This document shows positions 45,659 through 54,637 of a DNA stretch of 58,859 nt, piece after piece. The translations under genes were made by a program, and so were the position numbers. Source of the DNA: a virus (Duplodnaviria > Caudoviricetes); the IMG/VR virus record IMGVR_UViG_3300034073_004285, positions 1 through 58,859 of that record. One strand, given 5' to 3'. The notes below the pieces were generated by a model. The model saw nothing but the letters and a program-made list of their open reading frames with translations, did no database searches and was not told the DNA's origin. Numbering within the stretch: the stretch's first letter is position 1; every line of letters begins with the position of its first letter.

Positions 45659-46062
45659 TCAATTTTGCCGTATTCGGCATCTAACAACCGGCGCTTGTGT
45701 TGGTAGACTAACTCTTTAAAATCATTTTCAGATGTGACGATTTCAACTTTGATTAACGCCATAGAGTAAACATCTCCGTAGCTGACTACTTGAGCAATAA
45801 ACCGAGTGCCCGGGGGCAACTCGACTACGTTGCTCCACTCATAACCGCCTTTGTAATTTTTTTGACGGTTGTATTTCTCGTCTTTTCCGAGGGCGGAAGT
45901 GCCTCCAAGTTGCAAGGTTTCATCGCCTGTGACGGTTCCAGCAAAAATGCCGTCTTTATCGGTGGGGGGATAATCGCAAGCGATGGTTACAACTTCTCCT
46001 TTTTCTGTCACATATTGCCCAGATACTTGGGCATTGCCTGTTGCTTTTTTGATGCTTTTCAT
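45628..46062 (-). CDS. Accessory cassette 4, hypothetical protein
   Basis: Preceded by the 43-bp repeat. Confidence 0.7.
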   Translation of the reverse strand: MKSIKKATGNAQVSGQYVTEKGEVVTIACDYPPTDKDGIFAGTVTGDETLQLGGTSALGKDEKYNRQKNYKGGYEWSNVVELPPGTRFIAQVVSYGDVYSMALIKVEIVTSENDFKELVYQHKRRLLDAEYGKIEGKSAQTVTA

Positions 46063-46081
46063 TGACTTTCCCTATAGTTGA

Positions 46082-46124
46082 TTGGTTTACTTGCCCCTGA
46101 TTAGCGACAGAGGCGATCGCCGGT
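46082..46124. repeat. Inter-cassette repeat (HIP1, hairpin, leader), copy A
   Basis: 43 bp identical to 46402-46444. Confidence 0.9.
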
Positions 46125-46133
46125 TGGAGTTAA

Positions 46134-46379
46134 TTAAATAACGATATAATCACCGTCCAAAATCTGGTTTTTCACCTTTTCCCATACTGGATAGGCGGGC
46201 AAGACTTGCCACTTTGTGGCCTTGTCACGATCTTGAGTGACTACCGCAACGGTGCGGGTGTTGTTTTTGCGATATTTAATCGCCTCTTTAGTAACGGGGG
46301 ACGCTACTGCGGGTTTTATAACCCGGTAGCCATTATAGAAATAGTTTTGACCGCCGACTATGACTTGCATTACGTTCAT
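46134..46379 (-). CDS. Accessory cassette 3, hypothetical protein
   Basis: Bracketed by the two identical repeats. Confidence 0.7.
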   Translation of the reverse strand: MNVMQVIVGGQNYFYNGYRVIKPAVASPVTKEAIKYRKNNTRTVAVVTQDRDKATKWQVLPAYPVWEKVKNQILDGDYIVI

Positions 46380-46401
46380 GATTGTCTAACTTCCTTTGTG
46401 G

Positions 46402-46444
46402 TTGGTTTACTTGCCCCTGATTAGCGACAGAGGCGATCGCCGGT
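46402..46444. repeat. Inter-cassette repeat, copy B
   Basis: 43 bp identical to 46082-46124; a diverged third copy is at 46689-46740. Confidence 0.9.
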
Positions 46445-46449
46445 GTAGT

Positions 46450-46677
46450 TTAACCTAGATCCCATGTTGCAACAGTTTCGTCAGGGGACTCCCCTTGATG
46501 ATACTGGGCACTCCATTGATCAAATTTAATGTTTTGGTCGTTTAATATTTTTTCAAGGTCAGCAGTCGGGACACTGCTAGGGAAGGATAAAACTACTTTT
46601 TTGCCTTCGGTTTTGATTAAGATCTCGCCGCCCTGTACAGAAGCTACGGTTGTCCAGTCATTAGTTAAAGCGTTCAT
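46450..46677 (-). CDS. Accessory cassette 2, small acidic protein
   Basis: ATG after the AACCAACCACCGGAG leader. Confidence 0.68.
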   Translation of the reverse strand: MNALTNDWTTVASVQGGEILIKTEGKKVVLSFPSSVPTADLEKILNDQNIKFDQWSAQYHQGESPDETVATWDLG

Positions 46678-46742
46678 GATTATCTCCGGTGGTTGGTTGT
46701 TTGTAGTGCCATCCATTAGGCGGGATGGCGATCGCCGGTTAA

Positions 46743-47051
46743 TTAAATTTTGTGGGCAGGAATATACCCTGATTGATCACAATTTTTTACCCATTGCTTG
46801 ATTGCATATTCATCACTGACCTGCACTAGGGTTTCGCCATCGTCCCCCACTATGTATGCACCCGTCGCATAGGTATGCACCCCATTCCAAATGGAAACTT
46901 CCCCTTTAACCACCGTGCCACGCTTGCCTTGTGGGGGATGCAATTGGAAACGCAAGAAAAATGGGGAAGATCCTATTTTTTCGTTTTCGTCGTACAACAA
47001 AACGCCAATTGCTCCGGGTGTAAATTTGTAGTCTAGTTTAATTGCGTTCAT
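46743..47051 (-). CDS. Accessory cassette 1, hypothetical protein
   Basis: ATG after the AAACCAACCACAAGGA leader. Confidence 0.68.
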   Translation of the reverse strand: MNAIKLDYKFTPGAIGVLLYDENEKIGSSPFFLRFQLHPPQGKRGTVVKGEVSIWNGVHTYATGAYIVGDDGETLVQVSDEYAIKQWVKNCDQSGYIPAHKI

Positions 47052-47267
47052 GGCTTCATTCCTTGTGGTTGGTTTACTGGGTTGGGACTGTCCCCTCCAC
47101 CCATGAATCCAATATAATCCCCCATCCCTAGCTCTATCATGTCGTCTTGTGACACCTTTAAAACTGGCACACGATTTATTGACTTTTATGAAAACTGTGA
47201 TATAGAAGCAAAAACCCCCTATATAGTAGGGGGCTGAGTCCTTAGAGTTTACCTTTTCGTCCAAAAC

Positions 47268-47669
47268 CTAGTTTTTTTTTAGTTTACTAGCACCACCGGC
47301 AAACTTGCCTTTCAACCCACCGCCAGCACTTAACCCAGCTACACCACCGCCAGCCAGCTTAGCTTTTAGTTGCTCTAGGGCTCCGGTTAGCTCAGACTGG
47401 GGGACAGTCCCGGGCACTGGCAGATCGTTAAATTTTGCCATAAAGGCGTTTAACTCCTCGATTGAATTGACGGTAGGTAACTCCTCGACAGGAATAGTAA
47501 TACCGTATTGCCCTTGCAGAATCTCAGAATTGTAAATGTTCAAGAGTTCCTGAGCAGGCATATTCAAGGCTTCGTTGAACTTATCCTCGATACCCAACTC
47601 TTTGGCGTGTTTACGCAGTACCTCCGTGGCTTGGGCACGGGTTTGATCGTTGACAGGGGAAGCAGACAT
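47268..47669 (-). CDS. Hypothetical late protein
   Basis: Late-type motif GTATAAATCCACAAT at 47698-47712; GGAG RBS; followed by a hairpin at 47210-47236. Confidence 0.65.
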   Translation of the reverse strand: MSASPVNDQTRAQATEVLRKHAKELGIEDKFNEALNMPAQELLNIYNSEILQGQYGITIPVEELPTVNSIEELNAFMAKFNDLPVPGTVPQSELTGALEQLKAKLAGGGVAGLSAGGGLKGKFAGGASKLKKN

Positions 47670-47695
47670 AAATACTCCGTGATGGGCGATTTCCT

Positions 47696-47971
47696 TTATT
47701 GTGGATTTATACGGCGGGGACTAATCGGCTTTTTTTGGGGTGGCCGCCACGCCTGCCAAGCGGACTGGATCGCCGTGGCTTGTACCGAGGTGAAGGTGCT
47801 GTTTTTGCACAATTTTTTGAGCCGTTCTTGTAGGGTGATTTGCGCCTGCCGGTGGGGGAAGGGGAAGATCCCCTTTTTCTGTTCCTCCAACTCTTTTTTG
47901 TAAGCTTCGTTCACCGCCCGCTCCCAGTTTTTGAGGGCGATCGCCAGTTGTTCAGTAGATTCCTGTAGCAC
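47696..47971 (-). CDS. Hypothetical protein
   Basis: ORF in the minus-strand run. Confidence 0.5.
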   Translation of the reverse strand: MLQESTEQLAIALKNWERAVNEAYKKELEEQKKGIFPFPHRQAQITLQERLKKLCKNSTFTSVQATAIQSAWQAWRPPQKKPISPRRINPQ

Positions 47972-48185
47972 ATTGCCCCCCGTTTAGAGAGTAGTTTGGT
48001 AGGCGAATTGTGTTCTGTGAAGCGAGGTAAGTCTGGAGGAAACGGAATTGTTCCTTGTTTAATTGAATTGCGGAGTTTGAAAAATGTAACTCAGCACCTG
48101 CCTCGTTAACAATAATTTGGGTGACTAAATCGAGGTTTAACCATTGCGGTAGGGTTGATTCCCCCTTGGGAAAATATAAGAACAT
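47952..48185 (-). CDS. Hypothetical protein
   Basis: AAGGAG RBS. Confidence 0.55.
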   Translation of the reverse strand: MFLYFPKGESTLPQWLNLDLVTQIIVNEAGAELHFSNSAIQLNKEQFRFLQTYLASQNTIRLPNYSLNGGQCATGIY

Positions 48186-48248
48186 AACACTCCTTAATCG
48201 ACTCTAATAATTATCCCACCCGCTACAGGTGGGAACCGTAATTTTTGC

Positions 48249-49268
48249 CTAGAAGTCTTCCCAACCGTCTAGTGCTGAGGACATATTGTATTCGGTAACA
48301 GTTGCCTCAAAAAAGTTCCCCTTAACGTCACCGCCACTGCTGGTATTGGCGATTTTTTCCAAGTGTTGATAGGGGTTAATTTTTTGATTGTAGAGCGGTG
48401 GCAAATTGATCGCCTTTAACCGCAGGTCTGCCAGATATTTGGTGTACAGTTCGGGGGCGTGGGGAGGGATACCCAGAACGTCGTTGTTGGTGATATGGTG
48501 TGTCCATTCGATTTCCTTAGTAACAGCCAGATCAACCATCTCCAAGAGTTTGTCTTGGGAGTAGGGGAAGGTTTTGAACGCTTCGGCTAGGAGCTTGGAG
48601 AATAGGCGAACGTGATCCAGTTCATCACGGTTGATCAGGCTGATAATATCGCCAGTCCCCTGCATCAATTGACGACTAGAGAGTGTATAGAAAAATGCGA
48701 AGCCGTTGTAGAAGTACAACCCCTCTAGGAGATAATCAGCAAATAAAGCGTAGAGGTAATCTTCGTCGCTTCGGGTGTCACAATATTGCTGGTAATAGCT
48801 GGTAATTAATTGACAGCGATCCGCCAGTATTTTGTCAGACTCCCAGAGGTAATAAATAGAGTCCCTTTCCTTTTCGGGGTAAAGGGTTTCGATCATGTAC
48901 TTGTAGGACTCGCTATGGATCCCCTCGAAATAACACTGCTCAGCCAGACAGTGGCGGACAGAGGGAGCAGTCATCACCTCACTGATTTTAGGCAACATCG
49001 TTTCTTGAATTGAATCCAGATAGGTCAAGTAGGACAGAATGCCTGTATAGGCTTGACGCTCGGAGTTGGTAAGTTGAGCAAAGCTGTTAACGTCTGGGGT
49101 TAAATCCACCCGTTGAGGCACCCAGAATTTCTCGCGCATTTGCTTGTAGAGTTGATCAGCCCACTGGTAGGGATTGCGATCCAAGTTCATTAGGTTGGTG
49201 GTTTCACCGTTCCAGATTTTCAAGTCTTTGTCGGTGGCGTTGATGTCGAAAATAGCGGGTGACTTCAT
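48249..49268 (-). CDS. nrdB: Ribonucleotide reductase class I beta subunit
   Basis: FWVPQ, LTYLDSIQ, EGIHSESY, LEGLYFYNGF, INRDELDH, NFFE...EY. Confidence 0.93.
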   Translation of the reverse strand: MKSPAIFDINATDKDLKIWNGETTNLMNLDRNPYQWADQLYKQMREKFWVPQRVDLTPDVNSFAQLTNSERQAYTGILSYLTYLDSIQETMLPKISEVMTAPSVRHCLAEQCYFEGIHSESYKYMIETLYPEKERDSIYYLWESDKILADRCQLITSYYQQYCDTRSDEDYLYALFADYLLEGLYFYNGFAFFYTLSSRQLMQGTGDIISLINRDELDHVRLFSKLLAEAFKTFPYSQDKLLEMVDLAVTKEIEWTHHITNNDVLGIPPHAPELYTKYLADLRLKAINLPPLYNQKINPYQHLEKIANTSSGGDVKGNFFEATVTEYNMSSALDGWEDF

Positions 49269-49270
49269 GA

Positions 49271-49585
49271 TTATAGATAGGTAACTTGTTTGCTTGAGCG
49301 GGCTTGTTTGTCGCTGACGACTAGCTCAACCGCTTCCTCGTCAGACTCGCAGACACCGATCGCCTGCCAGCCAAAATTGGCGATCGCCGAAATCACCTCG
49401 CTAAAATCCGCCGAGGCTACCACTAGGGTGAGAGGCAGAAATATTAGTAAAACGGTATAGAGGCAAGTTCGGCTTCCCCAGAACCACAGCCAACAGGGGC
49501 GATAGAAGACTTGGTACTCCTCCCGCACAGGATCGGTGCGCTGTAGCCGGATGATTCGATAGTGGGAATAGTGGGGATAGTTCAC
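49271..49585 (-). CDS. Hypothetical membrane protein
   Basis: One TM segment; coupled to phoH and nrdB. Confidence 0.5.
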   Translation of the reverse strand: MNYPHYSHYRIIRLQRTDPVREEYQVFYRPCWLWFWGSRTCLYTVLLIFLPLTLVVASADFSEVISAIANFGWQAIGVCESDEEAVELVVSDKQARSSKQVTYL

Positions 49586-50292
49586 TGTTTTAATCTGTCT
49601 CGAATAGTGGAAAAGGCGTCAATAATTTCCCGAATTAGGGGATCTCGCAGGATGTCGTTGTAATTAAGGTTAATCACACAGAAAGGACTTCTGCGTGAAA
49701 ACTCCTCACACACCAATTCAAAAGCGTCAAACTCACGGGAAAACAAATCCCGCTGTCCCTTGAAGTCCCCCAGCAAAATTAGCTTAGATGACTCTGGTTT
49801 GCGGGTCATAACGGTTTCCAAAGCCGTTAGATCGGCGTTTTGTGCTTCATCCAAAACTAGGATTGTTTCCAACGGCGATCGCCCTCGGATCATCTCCACG
49901 TCACTACCTTCAATGCGCTTAGTTTTTAATAGGTAGTCCAGCTCACCCGGAGGGACTAAAGCGGTGAGGTTATCCTCGATTGGTTTCAACAAGGGAGAGA
50001 GTTTTTCCGACTCCTCACCGGGGCGAAAACCTAAGCCTTTTTCGTTAGGGCGTTGGATATTCTGGCGGATATAAAGGATTTTTTCATACAATCCCTGCTT
50101 AACTAATTTGAGGCTGGTTTGCAACGCCAAAAAAGTTTTTAAGCTACCGGCTGGCCCATTAATAATGGTGACAGGATTGCGGTGGATAGACTGAATGATC
50201 CGCTCGTGATTAGCCGTTAACCGTTTAAAGTGGGACGGCGATCGCCACTGGTGGGGATTATCAGAAAGCTTACTGGCTCTGGTTTTTCGCAT
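49582..50292 (-). CDS. phoH: PhoH-family ATPase
   Basis: GPAGSLKT, LGFRPG, IRGRS, LDEAQN, ILLGD, DILRDPL. Confidence 0.92.
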   Translation of the reverse strand: MRKTRASKLSDNPHQWRSPSHFKRLTANHERIIQSIHRNPVTIINGPAGSLKTFLALQTSLKLVKQGLYEKILYIRQNIQRPNEKGLGFRPGEESEKLSPLLKPIEDNLTALVPPGELDYLLKTKRIEGSDVEMIRGRSPLETILVLDEAQNADLTALETVMTRKPESSKLILLGDFKGQRDLFSREFDAFELVCEEFSRRSPFCVINLNYNDILRDPLIREIIDAFSTIRDRLKQ

Positions 50293-50488
50293 TGGTGAGG
50301 GGGTTAGCGGGGCAGTGTTCGGAGAGGTAGACAGCCTCTTTGATTTGTGCGCTTAAGTCCTTATAGCGTTGATTTTTAGCAGTCAACAATTCCTTTTTCA
50401 GGCGTTCAATTTCGTCAGGACGGGCAACCCATTTTCTGCACAATTCACAGAATTGATTGTCTAGTCCCGGAATGGAAATTTTATGCAC
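50270..50488 (-). CDS. Hypothetical protein
   Basis: ORF with CxxC; overlaps its neighbours. Confidence 0.45.
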   Translation of the reverse strand: MHKISIPGLDNQFCELCRKWVARPDEIERLKKELLTAKNQRYKDLSAQIKEAVYLSEHCPANPLTNAKNQSQ

Positions 50489-50729
50489 AGGGATGACTAG
50501 CCTCAGTCAACGCCACGTTAATTTCTAGCCCCACCATAGCGGCTCGTTTCTCCCAAGTATCGCCAATAGTGGAGCCCTTACACGGGTTAATACAAGGTCG
50601 ATCGCCGCTTAATTTATTGCAAACCAAACCGGCTAAATCGTGGGGATTACCTTTCTTTCCGGTGCCACTCCAGTGGTGTACCCCGTCGATAAACTGTGTG
50701 CCACAGGTGGGACAAACTGCGATGGCCAT
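50481..50729 (-). CDS. Cys-rich hypothetical protein
   Basis: CPTCG...HHW...DLAGLVCN...CINPCKG...GDTW; GAGGA RBS. Confidence 0.6.
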   Translation of the reverse strand: MAIAVCPTCGTQFIDGVHHWSGTGKKGNPHDLAGLVCNKLSGDRPCINPCKGSTIGDTWEKRAAMVGLEINVALTEASHPCA

Positions 50730-50806
50730 AGCCTAATCCTCAAAGAGCTTTTTTAAATAATAATGCCAGCAAAATATGATCACCAGAAAAAGCGCAAAAA
50801 TAATGA

Positions 50807-51340
50807 TCATGGTGAAAACCTCGCTCTAGCGGTGCGAGAAATCCCTCGACTTCTGGCTTCTTCGTTTTGTACCCTTTGATACCAATAAGCCTCAGCTTTT
50901 TGTAACTCTTCTAAACTGCGATAAGTTACGCCCCTGCCTTCGATCTGATAACTAGAAACCTTGCCACTAGCTAGATCGGCGATCGCCTGCTGTATGCCGT
51001 CTAAAATTTTCTTGGCCATGGTGCGGCCATCATAAGGTTCATCTACCAGAGCGAGGTTATCTACTACCTGCAAGGTGCCGTTCCCAACAAACAGGACTTT
51101 GCCGGTGTCAACGTGAATTAGTCGGGCACTCCATTGGTATTGCCCTGGTAATGCGTCCTCAAAATCAGCCCCGTCAATCTCGGTGAGCCAGCCGGTGCCG
51201 TTGGCGGTGCTGGTGGTGGGGATAATTATGTTGCCAGCGATACTGACTTGGAGATCCCAATGGTCACTGGAATACTCCGTCAAACTACTCTCGAACTCTG
51301 TGGAAACGGCGATCGTTAATTCTTTGGGGATGTTCAGCAT
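50807..51340 (-). CDS. gpW-like head completion protein with N-terminal extension
   Basis: C terminus AIADLASGKVSSYQIEGRGVTYRSLEEL; follows terL; late motif at 51367-51381. Confidence 0.72.
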   Translation of the reverse strand: MLNIPKELTIAVSTEFESSLTEYSSDHWDLQVSIAGNIIIPTTSTANGTGWLTEIDGADFEDALPGQYQWSARLIHVDTGKVLFVGNGTLQVVDNLALVDEPYDGRTMAKKILDGIQQAIADLASGKVSSYQIEGRGVTYRSLEELQKAEAYWYQRVQNEEARSRGISRTARARFSP

Positions 51341-51375
51341 GGCGGCCAACCAAATAGATTGCCGCCATTGTGGAT

Positions 51376-53307
51376 TTATACGCCCCGCCCATAGCCGCTC
51401 AGGTAGCCCGATCGCCGTGGTGTTTTGCGGGTAGTAGTGCGAGGCCTCTGGGGTTCTGGAACGGGAAGGTTTAAGTCTTTTTCCGGTGTGGGTTCAGGTG
51501 TGGAGAGAGGATTGCTAACGCTCACTAATTGGCGCAACTTCTCCCAATGGGCGGCGTTAAAACGGTTTAAACCGACAAAAATGGCGGCGGCGTAGGCATA
51601 AACGGCACAGTCTAGGGGTTCATTTCGCACACCTGGTACCGGCTCCCAGACATACGCCCACTGTGCTCCTTTTTTCTTCTTGACTAACACCTCAGAGCCT
51701 GCCAATTCCTGACAGTAGCGAGGGGGAACGTTGACGGGTAGGTTCAGATATTTGGGGGACGGCTGTGCGATCCGGCACCGGCCAAGGAGAGTTTGTTTGA
51801 TTAAATCCACACCGAGGAGGTGAAGCTTAACCCCCTTTTTGATTGTCTTCCCTTGCCAATTGGTTTCCTGCCAAGTAGCGGGGGCAACTAACTTGCGATC
51901 GCCTTCCTTCCCTTTGACTACCATCCAAGCCTGCTTGCCACGGCTCCTGCCATAAACCTCTTGGGTGAGGTAGCCAGAATCCACCGCCGCCTTTTTAATT
52001 TTGATAGTGCCACCGAGGGGATGGTGGAACTCGTAGCCCAACACTTCCTCTAACTCCTGCCAAACCCCATCCCGACTTGGATCGCCGAACAAAACATCAT
52101 GGCGAATCAAGTAGCTTTGCTCTCCTTCCCCCCAGCCAAAAATGGACACCTCAATCCTGTCCCCTTGCACGTCTACCCCAGCAGTCAAGAGTAGAACACC
52201 TTCGGGAATTTGGCCCATCTGATAGTCAGAGTTTTCGGCTCGGTATTGCAGGTTTTCCCAGTCGAATTTGGTTTGCAAGTCGTGTTCATAGGGGAGTCCT
52301 AGTGACGTATTCCAAAACACTTGCAGACGGAGAGGATCACCGATCGCCGCTTCGTAGTCCCTAGCCACGTCCTCCCACGCTTTCCAAGGGGAGTACAACT
52401 CGTTAAGGTGGAAGCCAGCGATACTGCCTTTTCTTCCCTGTGCCTGCCAGTGGCCGGCCCTGAGCATTGTCAGTTTGTTGGTTTCTTCTATATCTGCTTG
52501 GCAATGCACGCACTCGTACCGCACTTCCTCAATATCAAACTTTTGCAAGTTCACGCTTCCTTTGTTTTTGTACTTCAACCCCTCCCACTTCAAGGTCTGA
52601 TACTCTCCACAGTGGGGGCAGGGTACTTGGTACTCACGGCGATCGCTCAGTAGCCAAAGCTTCTCTATTCGGCTTTTCCCTTGGATAGTGGGAGTGCTCA
52701 CCCAAATATGGATTTTATTCCAGAAAGTTGTAGTACGCTTTTTAGCTAAATTGACAGGATCACCTTCTGTACCCGCCGACTCTGGCCAGCGATCCAACTC
52801 ATCCCCAATCACCGCACGGATCGGACGGGAGGCGAGGGAGGCTGGGGAGTTGGCACCAGCAAGGGTAAGCACTCCTCCTGGAAACCGCTTGCTCAACAAG
52901 GTATTCCCCGAATCCCTAGACTGGGGTGGTTTTATTTTGTCGGCAAAACATTTGGAGTCCCGAAACATTGGCGCAAGGCGATCCTTGCTGAACGCCTCGG
53001 CCATTTCCAGAGTGGGGTTAATTGACAGAATAGGACATGGTTGGAGGTCAATCAAAAAACCAATCAGGCTTAAGACAACCGTACTCTTCCCCACCTGCGC
53101 ACTTGACATAATTACCACGTCTTCAATGGCGGGATCGGCGATAGCGTCTAACATTTCCCGCTGGTAGCAAGCACGGTCAAAATTGATCCGACCCGGTTCA
53201 GCACTAGCTTCGGGACTAAGGTGCATCCGTTGCTCTGCCCATTCGCTAGGCTTCCACCGCACTGGTGGGGCGATCGCCGTTGACGCTGAGGTGAGGAGGC
53301 TAGGCAT
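51376..53307 (-). CDS. terL: Terminase large subunit, lambda gpA family
   Basis: SSAQVGKS, DELDRWP, STPT, PCPHCG, AGVDVQ, RNEPLDCAVYA. Confidence 0.95.
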   Translation of the reverse strand: MPSLLTSASTAIAPPVRWKPSEWAEQRMHLSPEASAEPGRINFDRACYQREMLDAIADPAIEDVVIMSSAQVGKSTVVLSLIGFLIDLQPCPILSINPTLEMAEAFSKDRLAPMFRDSKCFADKIKPPQSRDSGNTLLSKRFPGGVLTLAGANSPASLASRPIRAVIGDELDRWPESAGTEGDPVNLAKKRTTTFWNKIHIWVSTPTIQGKSRIEKLWLLSDRREYQVPCPHCGEYQTLKWEGLKYKNKGSVNLQKFDIEEVRYECVHCQADIEETNKLTMLRAGHWQAQGRKGSIAGFHLNELYSPWKAWEDVARDYEAAIGDPLRLQVFWNTSLGLPYEHDLQTKFDWENLQYRAENSDYQMGQIPEGVLLLTAGVDVQGDRIEVSIFGWGEGEQSYLIRHDVLFGDPSRDGVWQELEEVLGYEFHHPLGGTIKIKKAAVDSGYLTQEVYGRSRGKQAWMVVKGKEGDRKLVAPATWQETNWQGKTIKKGVKLHLLGVDLIKQTLLGRCRIAQPSPKYLNLPVNVPPRYCQELAGSEVLVKKKKGAQWAYVWEPVPGVRNEPLDCAVYAYAAAIFVGLNRFNAAHWEKLRQLVSVSNPLSTPEPTPEKDLNLPVPEPQRPRTTTRKTPRRSGYLSGYGRGV

Positions 53308-53308
53308 T

Positions 53309-53566
53309 TTAAAACAAGATGTTAGAGTACATAAACTCACCCTCTTCAATGCACTGGCGGATATAGCAGGCGAGGTCTAGTATTTCAGCATAGGCATCGA
53401 CTAAACCCTTTCGCCCATTGCCCGCCTGCAACAAAGTCCCGTACTTTTCCAATCCAAACCGTTTCCTGTCCTCAATATCCTTGACAACCAAATCATGTAT
53501 AGATGGGTTGCTATTGGGTACGGGGTTAGGTTCAGGCACCGAATAATTCACGCAAACCTCACTCAC
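53309..53566 (-). CDS. Small helical protein, possibly MazG-like nucleotide pyrophosphatase
   Basis: RKRFGLEKYGT...NGR...DAYAEILDLACY acidic helix pattern; near dcd. Confidence 0.45.
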   Translation of the reverse strand: MSEVCVNYSVPEPNPVPNSNPSIHDLVVKDIEDRKRFGLEKYGTLLQAGNGRKGLVDAYAEILDLACYIRQCIEEGEFMYSNILF

Positions 53567-53790
53567 AACAAATTCTCCTCTAAGACTTTTTTGGCAGTTG
53601 TCAGATCAGCCCCAAGGTAGTCGCCGCTGTCACCAAACCACCGAGCCACATCGGGCACCGCCCAGAAGCCGGTCTTGGTGCGCCACTCTATTGTGAACTG
53701 GTAGAGGTTGGGGTTGTCTTCCACGGCTTGATCGGCGATCGCCTGTAGAATGTTTCGCTCTGCCTGCTTGCTTAACTTAGTTTTTGTCAT
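53563..53790 (-). CDS. Hypothetical protein (paralog of 53787-54023)
   Basis: IEWRTKTGFWAV...YLG motif. Confidence 0.55.
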   Translation of the reverse strand: MTKTKLSKQAERNILQAIADQAVEDNPNLYQFTIEWRTKTGFWAVPDVARWFGDSGDYLGADLTTAKKVLEENLL

Positions 53791-54023
53791 TTACCCTCCA
53801 TTACTCGGCGATCGCCGGTGTTAGCGAGCATTTTTAGCTTGTGCTTCGCTTCGTAGTGGTTTGAGCCAAGAAAGATTTTGTCGTGGTCGGCGATCGCCCA
53901 CCAACCGCCTCTAGTTTTCCACTCGACTATGTAGCCACTCAAAACACTTTCTGCCATCTCTTGCAGTTGTTTTTTGTAATTCACTGAAATTGTTTCTCCA
54001 TGTTTACAAAACGATCTAGGCAC
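53787..54023 (-). CDS. Hypothetical protein (paralog of 53563-53790)
   Basis: VEWKTRGGWWAI...FLG motif. Confidence 0.55.
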   Translation of the reverse strand: MPRSFCKHGETISVNYKKQLQEMAESVLSGYIVEWKTRGGWWAIADHDKIFLGSNHYEAKHKLKMLANTGDRRVMEGK

Positions 54024-54067
54024 TCAGCTAGTTTTTCCGGGCTGTAATCACAGTGATCGGCTCAGCA

Positions 54068-54637
54068 TTAGCCTTTACTCTCCATAACTCGGCGATCGTT
54101 GTTGTACCGGCCACGCACAGAATAATCCTGATCCGGCGGGGCAAGCGTAAGGGAAAAAACCAACTGCCCCATCTTTAGTCCCGGATAAATTGGGAGGGGT
54201 GCAAGGTCGTCATTGGTTAACTCCATAGTTAGCTTGCTGTGACTCCAACCCGGATCACAAAAACCTGCAAGCTGATGTCCATACCACTCCCTGCCCCGAC
54301 TAGATTTGAGTTTAAACTGAGCGCAAAGAAAATTAGGCAAGCAAAATTTTTCCAGTGATGCCACCAATAGCCGATCGCCGTTTACAAACCAAAAAGGCTT
54401 AGATTCAGAATAGTTAGACAAATCAATATCCAGATACCCGTTATCAGTCCGCAACTTAGCCGTCTGTCCCACCCTAATATCCAAGGATGCAGGGTTAACC
54501 AAACTTGGATCAAACGGCTCCACCATTGGCAACACCTTGGCGGGAATATCAGCCCACAAACTCGAATAATAAAACCGCAACTCATCGGGCACAACGCCCC
54601 GGCACAAGTCAGCAATATGGCGATCGATTAGAATCAC
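54068..54637 (-). CDS. dcd: dCTP deaminase
   Basis: VNPASLDIRVG, LKSSRGR, AGFCDPGW, LTMELTN, GQLVF, GRY. Confidence 0.9.
   Translation of the reverse strand: MILIDRHIADLCRGVVPDELRFYYSSLWADIPAKVLPMVEPFDPSLVNPASLDIRVGQTAKLRTDNGYLDIDLSNYSESKPFWFVNGDRLLVASLEKFCLPNFLCAQFKLKSSRGREWYGHQLAGFCDPGWSHSKLTMELTNDDLAPLPIYPGLKMGQLVFSLTLAPPDQDYSVRGRYNNDRRVMESKG

Noticed and set aside
46082-46740. CRISPR array or classical integron
   Set aside because: The intervals are whole genes of about 230-430 bp; no attC GTTRRRY cores or IntI-type integrase were recognised nearby.
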